The notes: generated by a model not told the origin, from the letters alone. A DNA stretch of 64,000 nucleotides from an uncultured Gemmatimonadales bacterium (GCA_963850905.1 CAWKMU010000003.1:1664001-1728000); one strand, 5' to 3'; positions 45,956-55,673 are shown, counted from the stretch's first letter. A program made the numbers and translations.

Positions 45956-46599
45956 TCGTAGAGCATGGCAGCCAGGATGCTGCCAATGATCGGTCCAATC
46001 CAGTAAACGGATTGCCCGACGTAGCTCGACGACACGAACGCGGGCCCGAAGGAACGCGCGGGGTTCATCGAGCCGCCAGTCAACGGACCGATGGCGAGGA
46101 TGTCCGCGGCGATCGTCAGCCCGATTGCAAAGCCGCCGACTTTTGGTGCCCGGGGGTCGACGGCAGTCCCGAATATGACAAACGTCAGGAAAAAGGTCGC
46201 GATGCCTTCGAGCACGAGCGCCTGTCCCCACGAGGTGCCGACTGCAATTTCCTGAATCGTCCCGTGGACCGCGGCGAACTGGTCGGCGGGCACGAGCATC
46301 TTCAGGGCAAATGCGGCCAACGTCGCTCCCAGCACCTGTGCGACGATGTACAAGCCCGCCATCATGGGCTCGATGCGGCGGACCGCGAGAAATCCGAGTG
46401 TCACGGCGGGGTTCAGATGACCCGAGATCCGCATCGTGGCGGTCACCATGAGGGCGAGAATCAGCCCATGGGCCACCGCGACTGCCAGGAGGCCCGCCGC
46501 GCCGGCGCCGCGCGTGGCAACGATGGCGCCCCCGCCCACGAAGACCAACGCAAAGGTACCGACGAATTCAGTACTAAAGTGGCGCTCGGGATCACGCAT
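45889..46599 (-). CDS. Aquaporin / MIP channel
   Basis: EFVGTF, HLNPAVT, SMNPARSFGP, YWIGP; GGAG RBS before ATG. Confidence 0.95.
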   Translation of the reverse strand: MRDPERHFSTEFVGTFALVFVGGGAIVATRGAGAAGLLAVAVAHGLILALMVTATMRISGHLNPAVTLGFLAVRRIEPMMAGLYIVAQVLGATLAAFALKMLVPADQFAAVHGTIQEIAVGTSWGQALVLEGIATFFLTFVIFGTAVDPRAPKVGGFAIGLTIAADILAIGPLTGGSMNPARSFGPAFVSSSYVGQSVYWIGPIIGSILAAMLYDYVLLRSSAEPAEPPDHGELTP

Positions 46600-46645
46600 T
46601 GGTTCCACTCCCCGGGGTAAGAGGCGGAGAGAAGGTATCTGACGA

Positions 46646-46845
46646 CAGGGATCGGGGGCCAGGGGGGCGGGGATTAGTGGTCGGGGATTGCGACGACCTG
46701 TAACGACTGGGCGGGCTGAAGCCCGCCCCTACATGTCGGCGTGGACGGTGGTTTTCGGGGCGTCCGCGACGATCGATGAGCATGTCGACGAATTCGGAAC
46801 TAGCGCCGTGCGCAGCAACATGTAGGGGCGGCCTTCAGGCCGCCC
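46646..46845. repeat. REPIN-like element (inverted GTAG-REPs) with one heptamer arm
   Basis: GGGCGGGCTGAAGCCCGCCC-CTAC (46709-46732) ... GTAG-GGGCGGCCTTCAGGCCGCCC (46822-46845); CAGGGAT/CGGGGAT heptamers upstream. Confidence 0.88.
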
Positions 46846-46848
46846 ATG

Positions 46849-48093
46849 CTAGTCCGGTCGTTTCATCACCAGCACGGCATTCACGCCGCCGAACCCGAAC
46901 GAATTCGACAGCGCCACATTGACCCGTTGGGTCCGGCCGCTGCTCGGCACGTAGTCGAGGTCGCACTCGGGATCGGGCGAGGCGAGGTTCAGGGTTGGCG
47001 GGAGCCACTCGTGCTCGAAGCTCAAAGCGCAGATCGCCGCTTCGATGGCGCCCGATGCCCCGAGTGAATGGCCATAGTAGCCCTTCGTCCCGCTGACGGG
47101 CATCCGATAGGCGTGGTCGCCGAAGACCTGCTTGATCGCAAGCGTTTCGGTCGGGTCGTTGAGCGGCGTGGAGCTCCCATGCGCATTGATGTACCCGATT
47201 TCGTGTGGCTCGACGTGCGCATCTCGGAGCGCGATGCGCATCGCTCGTGCCGCCTGACTCCCATCGGGTCGTGGCGCGGTCATATGAAACGCGTCGTTCG
47301 TCGAGCCATAGCCAAGCATCTCGGCATAGATGTGCGCGCCGCGCGCACGCGCGCGTTCCAACTCCTCGAGCACCAGGACGGCGGCACCCTCACCCATGAC
47401 AAACCCGTCGCGATCTTTGTCGAAGGGCCGAGACGCGTGTGCCGGATCGTCGTTGCGCACGGACATTGCCCGAATGATCGTGAACGCGCCGTAGCACAGC
47501 GGTGCCAGCGGCGCTTCTGCCCCGCCGCAGAACATCACGTCTGCCTCGCCCTCGCGGATACATCGAAATCCGTCGCCAATCGCGATCGACCCCGAGGCGC
47601 AGCTCATGCCGTTGGTCGAGTTGCGCCCCGTCACACCAAGGTCGATCGCGATATTGCAACTCGAGGCGCCACCAAAGACCGAGAGCGCCAGGCCTGCATC
47701 GACCGCGGGCAAACCCTGCCCCAAGTATCGCCCGAGCTGCTCCTCGGCATAACCGATTCCAGCCAGTGCACTGCCCATCATCGTCCCGATCCGATCGCGG
47801 TCCTCCCGGGCCAGATCCAGATCCGCATCGGCTACTGCCATCCGCGCCGCCACCACGGAGAATGCAGCGTAGCGATTCATGCGCTTCAGGCGCTTCGATT
47901 CGAGGTGGTCGGCGGCCACAAAATCCCGCACCTCGGCTCCTACCTGGCTTCGGAAGGGTGATGGATCGAAGAGCGTCACGAGATCAACCGCGGATCGCTC
48001 CCGCTGCAGCCCGCACCACAGCCCGTCGGCGGTCAGCCCGATCGGCGTGATCGCCCCGATCCCTGTCACTGCGACCCTGCGAGGTTCAGTCAT
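46849..48093 (-). CDS. Beta-ketoacyl-ACP synthase II-type ketosynthase (FabF-like)
   Basis: Cys-His-His triad: SCASG, NAHGSST, GHSLGA; SNSFGFGG. Confidence 0.93.
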   Translation of the reverse strand: MTEPRRVAVTGIGAITPIGLTADGLWCGLQRERSAVDLVTLFDPSPFRSQVGAEVRDFVAADHLESKRLKRMNRYAAFSVVAARMAVADADLDLAREDRDRIGTMMGSALAGIGYAEEQLGRYLGQGLPAVDAGLALSVFGGASSCNIAIDLGVTGRNSTNGMSCASGSIAIGDGFRCIREGEADVMFCGGAEAPLAPLCYGAFTIIRAMSVRNDDPAHASRPFDKDRDGFVMGEGAAVLVLEELERARARGAHIYAEMLGYGSTNDAFHMTAPRPDGSQAARAMRIALRDAHVEPHEIGYINAHGSSTPLNDPTETLAIKQVFGDHAYRMPVSGTKGYYGHSLGASGAIEAAICALSFEHEWLPPTLNLASPDPECDLDYVPSSGRTQRVNVALSNSFGFGGVNAVLVMKRPD

Positions 48094-48114
48094 CGGCGTG
48101 CTCGTACCTGTGGT

Positions 48115-48705
48115 TCAACGTGAGCTCACGGCGGTCCCGTCTTGATGTGCCCGGCTTTCATCGCGGACGCGCTGTTCGGCAACGGTTGCCAATCCACGGA
48201 GTGTGCGCGCGGCGATCGCGTGAATGAACACTGGCCCGATGACGCCGCTTGCCACTGTGGGACCTACGAGTGGCCACGGAGGGCCTTCCCACTCGTGCAC
48301 AATACGCACGAACGTCGCCAGGGGCGTCGTCGACGGGGTGAAACGCTCTGACCATGGGGTGAACGACCATTCGACGTCCATGCCGCGAGTGATGCCGGCG
48401 ACGTGGCGAAATCGAATACTCGGATTCCCGCGCGGGGGCCGAAGGACTTGCATCTCCGCCATCCACCAAACGGGCCAGGGGAATGGGCCGAAGGGCCGCT
48501 GCGCTGCCATGGTGACGAGTCCGCCACCATCCGACCGGCGCTCGCGCATCTGGACGGCACGATAGTGCGGCAGGTGGGTGGGCCACGTCTCGACAGCTCG
48601 GGCGAGCTCGAACATTCCGTCCACGGGCGCGTGCACGATGCGCTCGTCGATCGTACGCACGCGTCGGCCGGTTGGCATTGGCCCAAGCGCGAACGGCTCG
48701 GTCAT
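48115..48705 (-). CDS. SRPBCC/START-fold polyketide cyclase-like protein
   Basis: F.LA..VE.WP..LPHY, IRFRHV.GITRGMDVEW, C-terminal helix IAARTL. Confidence 0.8.
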   Translation of the reverse strand: MTEPFALGPMPTGRRVRTIDERIVHAPVDGMFELARAVETWPTHLPHYRAVQMRERRSDGGGLVTMAAQRPFGPFPWPVWWMAEMQVLRPPRGNPSIRFRHVAGITRGMDVEWSFTPWSERFTPSTTPLATFVRIVHEWEGPPWPLVGPTVASGVIGPVFIHAIAARTLRGLATVAEQRVRDESRAHQDGTAVSSR

Positions 48706-49424
48706 TGCGACCTCGGCAGGCTGGCGGCGAGGGGCGTCCAGGACGCCGTGACACGATAGCCCAATCGATAGTGCACGGCCGGTCGCTGGCCGACGGTCGA
48801 TTCGACGAGGCCACGTAGTTCGTCCGCGCGGAATCCCCGCATCACCGAGACGACGCCGTCGTGCCGACTCACGGGGTGGAACGCGAGCACGAACGAGGCG
48901 ACCCAGATGCCGGCGGCCGCGATGCGGCTACGGTGCAGGTCGCTGACGATGACGCGTCGCCGAGCCACTCGGTCCAGCTCCGCCAGGAGTTGCTGCGCTT
49001 CGGCGTCGAAGAAGTGGTGCAGCACCTGCGAGCAAATCACGACGTCGATGCTACGGTCAGGGAACGGCAAATGACGCGCGTCGCCGCACACGGCGAGCGC
49101 GTTGCGACGCCGGCTGGCATTGGCGAGCTCGCGGCTCGTTTCGAGCCCGATCGTTTCCAGCGTTACCCCGTGGCGCCCGGCCGCTTCGCGCGCACGTGCC
49201 GGAATGTCACCTGTGCCGGTTCCGACGTCGAGCAGCGTCGCGCGCCGAGGCAGTGTCGCCCACAGGGGGGACAGCTCGACTAGGACGGCCCGCGTGCCGC
49301 CAAACACTGTGTTCGCGATCGAGACATCCCGCAATGATCGGTGCGCGAGCTCGGGGTCATCCCCCGGGGCGTCCAGGATCTCGGCGCCACGGCGCCGCGG
49401 CGGCACCAGGAGCGAGGCTCTCAT
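48702..49424 (-). CDS. Class I SAM-dependent methyltransferase
   Basis: LLDVGTGTGD, GDA..LPF, DVV.CSQVLHHF, DL.R, HDG..SV.RGF. Confidence 0.9.
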   Translation of the reverse strand: MRASLLVPPRRRGAEILDAPGDDPELAHRSLRDVSIANTVFGGTRAVLVELSPLWATLPRRATLLDVGTGTGDIPARAREAAGRHGVTLETIGLETSRELANASRRRNALAVCGDARHLPFPDRSIDVVICSQVLHHFFDAEAQQLLAELDRVARRRVIVSDLHRSRIAAAGIWVASFVLAFHPVSRHDGVVSVMRGFRADELRGLVESTVGQRPAVHYRLGYRVTASWTPLAASLPRSQ

Positions 49425-49430
49425 CTCCGG

Positions 49431-49907
49431 TCAACGCTCCAGCTGTGCATACCCACCGCGATAGTAGAGCAGCGGCGAGCCCGAAAATGCACGTGCGGCT
49501 TCGACCTCGCCGATGAAGATCGTGTGATCACCGCCCTCCACGGCGTGGAGCTTACGACACTCCACGACGGCGAGCACGTCATCGATCACGGCTACGCCCG
49601 TCTGCCCACGCACGTATCCCACGCCCTCGAAGCGCTCACCGTCGAGTGTCGAGAATCGGCGAGCGAGCGGCTCCTGGTCCGCCGCGAGAATGTTCACGGC
49701 GAAATAGCGAGCAGCCAGCAACACGGGATGCAGCGACGCAGTGTGGTCGATGCACACCGCGACGAGCGCGGGCTCGAGGCTGAGCGATGCAAACGCGCTC
49801 ACGGTCAAGCCGACATCCCGGCCTCCGGTCTCGAGGGCGGTGACGACCGTCACACCGCTCGCAAAGCGACCCAGCACGCTGCGAAAAGTGTCGGGGTCGA
49901 CACTCAT
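49431..49907 (-). CDS. Flavin reductase (HpaC/RutF-like)
   Basis: FRSVLGRFASGVTVVT, SLSLEP, GGDHTIFIG, PLLYYRG.Y. Confidence 0.93.
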   Translation of the reverse strand: MSVDPDTFRSVLGRFASGVTVVTALETGGRDVGLTVSAFASLSLEPALVAVCIDHTASLHPVLLAARYFAVNILAADQEPLARRFSTLDGERFEGVGYVRGQTGVAVIDDVLAVVECRKLHAVEGGDHTIFIGEVEAARAFSGSPLLYYRGGYAQLER

Positions 49908-51184
49908 AACGTGCCCGTCGGGCGCAGCGCGGGCAACAACAGCCGCATCACGAAACGGGCACGGAGGAGTTCCTTTGGCGGAACGAAGTCGCCGGTGACT
50001 CCGACCAGCAGGTCGGCCATCTCCGGATGGCGAGCGAGTGCGCGCGCCGCTCGCTCGAGCACGAAGGGGGATGCAACCGCGGCAGCGATGATGCGCTCGA
50101 TGATCCACTTGCCGCGAAACTCTTCTCGGCGACACCGATCATACGCGGCCAATGCCGCGTCCATCTCGCGAGGCGTGCGAGCCCTCGCTGCCGCGATCAC
50201 ATAGGGGGCCAGCAGCTCGGACCCTCTCAGCGCGGCGTAAATCCCTTCGCCCGTGAACGGATCGTAGAAGTCGGCAGCGTCGCCGACGAGTGCTGCACCG
50301 CGGGCCCACGCGTGCGGAGCATGGTACGCAAACGGTCCGGTCGCGCGCACCGGGGACGTGCGGTGTGCATGGCGCATCCGTGTGGCCAGGTGTGGTCGTC
50401 GTTCGATCCAGGACTCGAGAAACCCCACGCGATCGGCACCCGCACCCCTCGCGCGCCGCGCGGGCACGACGAGGGCAACGTTGGTCTCACCATTGCCGAC
50501 GTCGGCCAGTCCGAGATATCCATCATGCTCGACGTGCATTTCGCCCACACTGCCCATCTCCGCCACGCCCTCGAAATGCGTGACGAACGCAACTCGCCTG
50601 GGCCAGCGGGCCGCGCGCGCCAGGTGCAGGCGCCGAGCGACGACCGAGTGCAATCCATCGGCGCCGACGACGATGCGGGCCCCAATGGTGGTGGTCGACG
50701 GCCGCTCGCCGTTGCGCGCCGAACGCCGCGTTTGCACGCCAACGACTCGGCCGTGGGCATCCGATACGAGGTCGGTGACGCTCGCTTCCTCGATCACCCG
50801 CGCGCCCGCCGCCTCCGCCTGGCGCAGCAGTACCGTGTCGAAAATGGGCCGGCGGAGCGCCAGGCCCTTGTCCCTGAATCCCCTGAAACCGTGGCCCGCG
50901 GCGAAATCGCCGCGAAAGGAGACGCCGCTGGGTGCGCGCACGATCATGCCGCCCAGCTGCGCCGCGCCGCTTGCCTCCAGCTCGCGCAGGACCCCGAGCT
51001 CCGCGAGGATGCGCGATGCCTCGGGGCTCACATACTCGGCGCAAGGCTTATCCCTCGGAAACCGCGCCCGTTCGAGCACCATGACGTCGAGTCCCGCCCG
51101 AGCCAACATCCAGGCCGTGCTCGCTCCTGCTGGGCCGCCACCCACCACGACGACCTCGGCAGGCCCACGGTCGGACGTGCTCAT
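49904..51184 (-). CDS. FAD-dependent oxidoreductase, geranylgeranyl-reductase-like
   Basis: VVGGGPAG, FPRDKPC, GADG, GDAA...DPFTGEGI. Confidence 0.9.
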   Translation of the reverse strand: MSTSDRGPAEVVVVGGGPAGASTAWMLARAGLDVMVLERARFPRDKPCAEYVSPEASRILAELGVLRELEASGAAQLGGMIVRAPSGVSFRGDFAAGHGFRGFRDKGLALRRPIFDTVLLRQAEAAGARVIEEASVTDLVSDAHGRVVGVQTRRSARNGERPSTTTIGARIVVGADGLHSVVARRLHLARAARWPRRVAFVTHFEGVAEMGSVGEMHVEHDGYLGLADVGNGETNVALVVPARRARGAGADRVGFLESWIERRPHLATRMRHAHRTSPVRATGPFAYHAPHAWARGAALVGDAADFYDPFTGEGIYAALRGSELLAPYVIAAARARTPREMDAALAAYDRCRREEFRGKWIIERIIAAAVASPFVLERAARALARHPEMADLLVGVTGDFVPPKELLRARFVMRLLLPALRPTGTL

Positions 51185-52713
51185 CCGATGGCTCGACTCA
51201 ACCGCTGGAAGACACCCATATATCGCCAGTGTGGGCCCGGCAGCCGCAGCACGGACGCCACACGTGTGAGGCGTGGCAGCAGCCAAGACCGCGAGTCGGC
51301 AGAAAACATGAATCGTGGTTGCGTGGCCGCGAACGCGCGCAGCCGGGTCAGTGTCATCGTGAGATCGAGCTCTGGCGAGAAATAAAACGTGGGCGTGAGC
51401 AGAGAGTCATCGGGTTTGACCACGCCTTCCTCGATCGCAATGCGGTGGAGCGTGGTGCCGGGGTAGATCCTGAGTGCGACCGTCGCGTACACCGCGTCGC
51501 CTTCCGCCAATCGCTCGCCAGCGAATCCGAGTGTCTCCTGCAACGTGGCTGCGGTCTCGCCGGGGCCGCCGATGAGGAGGATCCAGAGCGCACGGAGGCC
51601 GGCCCGCTTGACCCGGCGCGCGACTTCTCGCACGCGCGCTGCATCGAACCCCTTCTCGAGCCGCGACAACACGGGGTCACTGGCGCTCTCGGCCGTGATG
51701 CCCAGCCCCGAAAAGCCCGCGGTCCGCATCGCAGCGAGCAGCTGGTCGGATGCGGCGGCAGGCGTGAAGTTCATCGTCTCCAAGTGAAATCTCGTGCGCT
51801 CGCGCGTGATGGCCTCGCACACCGCCATCGCATGTCCCGGAGGCGAGTTGAATGTCGAATCGACAAAGTCCACTCGGCGGACGCCGGTCGTCCTGGCGAG
51901 CTCGACCATTTCATCCACGACCGCCGCCGGGTCGCGCAGTCGGTATCCCCACCCCTCGACGTTTCGATACGTGCAGTAGACGCACTTATAGACACAGCCC
52001 CGCTTGGTCTGGATAGGGACAACGGCTCCGTTTCGTTCATACCGCCGGACATCAAGCCACCGATCGAGGCGCGGACGGGGCAGCGCATCCAAATCGGCGT
52101 CTTCGCCGGGGGGCGTGAAGACGATGCGGTTGTCCACTCGTTGGACCACGCCCGGGATCGAACCGATGGGACGTCCGCTGGCCAGGGCGCCGATCAGAGC
52201 AACGCTCGCGCGTTCGCCGTCGCCCGCGACCGCGTAGTCCACGCCCAACTCCCGGAACAGCCCGTCCGGGGCGACGCCAAAGGCCGCACCACCGGCGATC
52301 GTCGCAGCGTGCGGTGCTTCCTCGCGGAGCGCCGCCACGATCTCGAGCGCTTCGGGCGTATAGTGTCGGAGCGCGACCCGGTCGCTGTTGTCAATGTTCC
52401 GAACCGATATGGCCACGACATCCGGACGGACCCGCCGCGCGGCAGCGCGGGCGGCGCGGATTGGGTCGCGGGCGAAGCACAAATCGAGGACCTGCACGTC
52501 GTGGCGCGCGGCGTCCAGCGCCGAGGCAACGCACGCTAACCCGTTGGGAATAACGGGCTGCGGAGATCGTTCCCGGTTCGTGCTGACGAGAAGGACGCGC
52601 GGCGATCCGCCCCAGCGAGCGGCCCGTCCTCCAGAAGCTGTCGCCTCCGGCCAACCTGGATCGGAGGCGTTCGGGGAGCGGCTCTTCCCGAGGTCAGCGG
52701 CGCCGGTCGTCAT
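51181..52713 (-). CDS. Cobalamin-binding radical SAM protein
   Basis: N-terminal B12-binding-type domain (SVRNIDN, AGG.AF, GDGE), KRGCVYKCVYC, FVDS.FN, GGPGET. Confidence 0.9.
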   Translation of the reverse strand: MTTGAADLGKSRSPNASDPGWPEATASGGRAARWGGSPRVLLVSTNRERSPQPVIPNGLACVASALDAARHDVQVLDLCFARDPIRAARAAARRVRPDVVAISVRNIDNSDRVALRHYTPEALEIVAALREEAPHAATIAGGAAFGVAPDGLFRELGVDYAVAGDGERASVALIGALASGRPIGSIPGVVQRVDNRIVFTPPGEDADLDALPRPRLDRWLDVRRYERNGAVVPIQTKRGCVYKCVYCTYRNVEGWGYRLRDPAAVVDEMVELARTTGVRRVDFVDSTFNSPPGHAMAVCEAITRERTRFHLETMNFTPAAASDQLLAAMRTAGFSGLGITAESASDPVLSRLEKGFDAARVREVARRVKRAGLRALWILLIGGPGETAATLQETLGFAGERLAEGDAVYATVALRIYPGTTLHRIAIEEGVVKPDDSLLTPTFYFSPELDLTMTLTRLRAFAATQPRFMFSADSRSWLLPRLTRVASVLRLPGPHWRYMGVFQRLSRAIG

Positions 52714-53546
52714 AACAGAGTCCGGTAGAGGATCATCGCGATGCAGGCGCCGGCGAGGGTGCTCAAGGCGTTGACTCCGTCGTTGTCCAGCCACGACAGG
52801 CCCCCGGCGGCGCGGGTGGCTGCACCGCAGCTGTGCACCACGCGCTCCGTCGGCACCTTGCATCGTTCGCACCATTGGCGTCGCTGCAGAGTCGCGCCAA
52901 GGATTGAATCGAAGGCCATACCGACCACCCCGCCTCCCAATGCGGCCGCGGCGGCGGCCCGACGCCAGCCGAGTACCCACAGGACCCAGGCCATCGCTGC
53001 CGCACCGACGATGCCGGCAATCGTGCCGATCGCCGTGACGCCACCCGATGTGCCAGGGCGCACCGTTCGACCCGTCAGGATGGATCTCGGGGGGCCACCC
53101 CACAGCGTCCCCACTTCCGTCGCCCACGTATCGCCTGACGCGGCCGCCAGCGCCCCTCCAGCCACGGCGTGCCAGGCCTGGTCGGTCCATGCTGTCCCAA
53201 TCCCCCAATCGCTGGCGTGAGGTTGAGCGCGCACGACAAACCCCAAGGCACACAGCGCGAACACACCGCCATTCGCCAGGACCTGTAGGGCATCCCGTTC
53301 ACCGCCCTTGGATATCACATCCGCCGTGAGAGCTTCCTTGCGGGCGCGCCCGATGCGGGACCAGACCGATCCGCTCAAAAAGAAGGCGATGAGCGCCGTC
53401 GCCCAATCCCAGCCCGCCACGACGCACACGGTTCCGACTCCGGTCGCCGCTATCGCCCCCTCGTGCGACAGCATGCGGCTCTGGCGAGCGGCGAGTGCGA
53501 TGGCGCTGGAAACGACAATCCCTAGCACGAGGCGTTGGAGTAGCAC
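52710..53546 (-). CDS. DUF92 / TMEM19 family membrane protein
   Basis: KGGERDALQVLANGG, DTWATEVG, PGTSGGVT, DSILGATLQ, LDNDGVN. Confidence 0.9.
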   Translation of the reverse strand: MLLQRLVLGIVVSSAIALAARQSRMLSHEGAIAATGVGTVCVVAGWDWATALIAFFLSGSVWSRIGRARKEALTADVISKGGERDALQVLANGGVFALCALGFVVRAQPHASDWGIGTAWTDQAWHAVAGGALAAASGDTWATEVGTLWGGPPRSILTGRTVRPGTSGGVTAIGTIAGIVGAAAMAWVLWVLGWRRAAAAAALGGGVVGMAFDSILGATLQRRQWCERCKVPTERVVHSCGAATRAAGGLSWLDNDGVNALSTLAGACIAMILYRTLL

Positions 53547-53553
53547 GGGGGGG

Positions 53554-53677
53554 CGGGCGCTTGGCGCCCGAGAGGGTAGAAACACGAGAGCAGAGAGTTG
53601 AAAGTAGCCAACGGCGGTCGTTGACTGTCTACTGTCTACCTTCTGACGGTCTACTCTCTCGGGCGCGCCAGCGCCCG
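53554..53677. repeat. Inverted heptamer-arm element (AGARAGT family) with terminal CGGGCGC hairpins
   Basis: 53650-53677 is the exact reverse complement of 44704-44731. Confidence 0.85.
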
Positions 53678-53745
53678 TCCCTAACCCCTGACCTCCCGGT
53701 CTGTTAAATTGCCGCCTCCTTGCATCACCTGCCTTTCGCATTGCC

Positions 53746-54369
53746 ATGACTGCGTCACCTACGGTCGACGCTCTGCTTCCGCTTAGCCTGTTGGAAGCGG
53801 TCCGCGGCGTAGACTCTCCGCACGACGACCTCGACACGGAGTATGTCCCGGAGCTGCGCAACAAGCGGCTCGGACTCAGCGACACCGTGTACGCACAAAT
53901 TCAGCGGTACACGGTTGCCGTGAAGAAAAGTCAGCGTGCGCCCCAGGAAGAAGCCGTCGCACTCGCTCGACTCATCGGCCGACGCGCCGACGCGCACCAG
54001 GTGTTCTCCGCAGCTGGCCGGATCCTCGCCCAACAATCCTTGGAAAGCGGCTCCGCGGTGACCCGCCAAGTAATCCTGGTGCTCCCGTCGCTGCTCGCCC
54101 GCCCGCTTGCGCTTCGCGAGGCTCGTCGGATCGCCTCCCGCTATCTCAACGGCACGATCCGTCGAGTCGGGGGCTCGTTGCTGCTCGAGGTACCGCATTC
54201 GGTCACCGTCGACAGCGGCCCGAAGGAAAGTGGATGCGCCTACTACGAGTCGGTTCTCCGGGAGCTCGTGCACACGCTCGTCGGCGCGCCGGGTGCGGTC
54301 GAACACGTCAGGTGCGTGACGCGCGGAGAGCGAGTCTGCGAGTGGCGTGCGGAATGGCGACGCGGTTAA
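53746..54369 (+). CDS. V4R/4-vinyl-reductase-like small-ligand-binding protein
   Basis: C-terminal CAYY...VEHVRCVTRGERVCEW pattern. Confidence 0.6.
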   Translation: MTASPTVDALLPLSLLEAVRGVDSPHDDLDTEYVPELRNKRLGLSDTVYAQIQRYTVAVKKSQRAPQEEAVALARLIGRRADAHQVFSAAGRILAQQSLESGSAVTRQVILVLPSLLARPLALREARRIASRYLNGTIRRVGGSLLLEVPHSVTVDSGPKESGCAYYESVLRELVHTLVGAPGAVEHVRCVTRGERVCEWRAEWRRG

Positions 54370-54390
54370 GTCACCAATAATCGGCGAACA

Positions 54391-55569
54391 ATGTTGACGC
54401 CCGAGACGCTTCCCCGAATCCAGACGGCATTGTCGGATGCGGGACTCGACGGATGGCTCCTGTACGATTTCCGCGGCGCCAATCCGGTCGCCGCTGGCAT
54501 CCTCCAGCTCAAGGGCCTCCAGACGCGTCGTATCTACGCGTATGTGCCGGCTCGCGGCGTGCCGACGGCGATCACACACGCCATCGAGCAAGGACCGTGG
54601 GAACACTGGCCGCCGACATGGGGGCGCGTGGTGTACAGCGGGTGGCGAGAGCTCGAGGCGGCGATCGCAGGGCTCGTACGTCGGCAGCGGGTTGCGATGG
54701 AATACTCACCGGGCGACGCGGTCCCCTACGTGGATCGCGTACCAGCAGGCGTCATCGAGCTCGTTCGTGCGGCCGGAGCAGATGTCGTCTCATCCGGCGA
54801 ACTAATCAGTCGATTCTACGCGGTGTGGACGGAGGCAGAACTTGCAGCGCATCGTCGTGCGGCGGTGGCGATTGCGGCTATTGGCCAGGAGGGCTTGCGC
54901 CTCGCGGGCGCGGATGCGGCGCGCGGTGAGCCGCAGACCGAATACGGACTTCAGCGCTGGATCCTGGAGCGTCTTGCGCGGGCCGGGCTCGAGACGCACG
55001 ACGCGCCGATCGTGGCGATCGGCCCGAATGCGGCCAATCCGCACTACGCGCCCAGCGAGCAACCCGCTACGGCGATTGCGCCTGGCGCCGTTCTCTTGAT
55101 CGACCTCTGGGCGCGCGAGCCCGGGCAGCCATTCGCAGACCAGACGTGGATGGGTGTACTTGGAGCGCCGACGGCGCAGGTGATCCGTGTGTGGGAGGCG
55201 GTACGCGACGCGCGCGATGCGGCAATCCAGTTGCTGCGCGATCGCCTGCCGACGGGCAAGCCCCTCCGAGGCGCCGAAGTGGACGACGCCGCCCGGCGAG
55301 TCATCGAGTCCCGCGGGTTTGGTCGATTCTTTGTGCATCGCACAGGTCACTCGATCGATGCACGCGACCTCCATGGCTCGGGGCCCCACATCGACAATCT
55401 CGAGACGCGCGAGGAGCGATTGTTGATCCCGGGCGTGGCGTTCTCGATCGAGCCCGGCGTCTATCAGCCCGGTGTCCTCGGGGTGCGGTCAGAAGTGAAC
55501 GCGATTGTCGGCGATCGCAGCGTCGAGATCACGCCGATCGACTATCAGCGCGAGTTGATGCGAGTGTAG
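54391..55569 (+). CDS. M24 (Xaa-Pro) metallopeptidase
   Basis: NAANPHY, IDLW, ADQT, HRTGHS, SIEPGVY, GVRSE. Confidence 0.92.
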   Translation: MLTPETLPRIQTALSDAGLDGWLLYDFRGANPVAAGILQLKGLQTRRIYAYVPARGVPTAITHAIEQGPWEHWPPTWGRVVYSGWRELEAAIAGLVRRQRVAMEYSPGDAVPYVDRVPAGVIELVRAAGADVVSSGELISRFYAVWTEAELAAHRRAAVAIAAIGQEGLRLAGADAARGEPQTEYGLQRWILERLARAGLETHDAPIVAIGPNAANPHYAPSEQPATAIAPGAVLLIDLWAREPGQPFADQTWMGVLGAPTAQVIRVWEAVRDARDAAIQLLRDRLPTGKPLRGAEVDDAARRVIESRGFGRFFVHRTGHSIDARDLHGSGPHIDNLETREERLLIPGVAFSIEPGVYQPGVLGVRSEVNAIVGDRSVEITPIDYQRELMRV

Positions 55570-55673
55570 CGGCCTTCGGCCGCTCGAGAGTGGAACCGCA
55601 GTAGAAAGTAGACGACAGCACTGCGCTAGGCTGTCTACTTCGTGCTGCTACTTTCTGGCGCCCTCCAGCGCGC
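55568..55673. repeat. Degenerate heptamer-arm element (AGAAAGT family) plus GCGGCC-TTC-GGCCGC hairpin between convergent genes
   Basis: AGT AGAAAGT AGAC GACAGC ... GCTGTCT ACTT ... CT ACTTTCT. Confidence 0.65.

Noticed and set aside
46849..48705. Canonical type II aromatic PKS
   Set aside because: No chain-length factor or ACP in the cluster and the KS looks FabF-like; kept only as an atypical cluster
52714..53253. 690-aa version of the radical SAM protein
   Set aside because: The extension is an alternate frame of the DUF92 gene; the ATGA overlap supports a start at 52713
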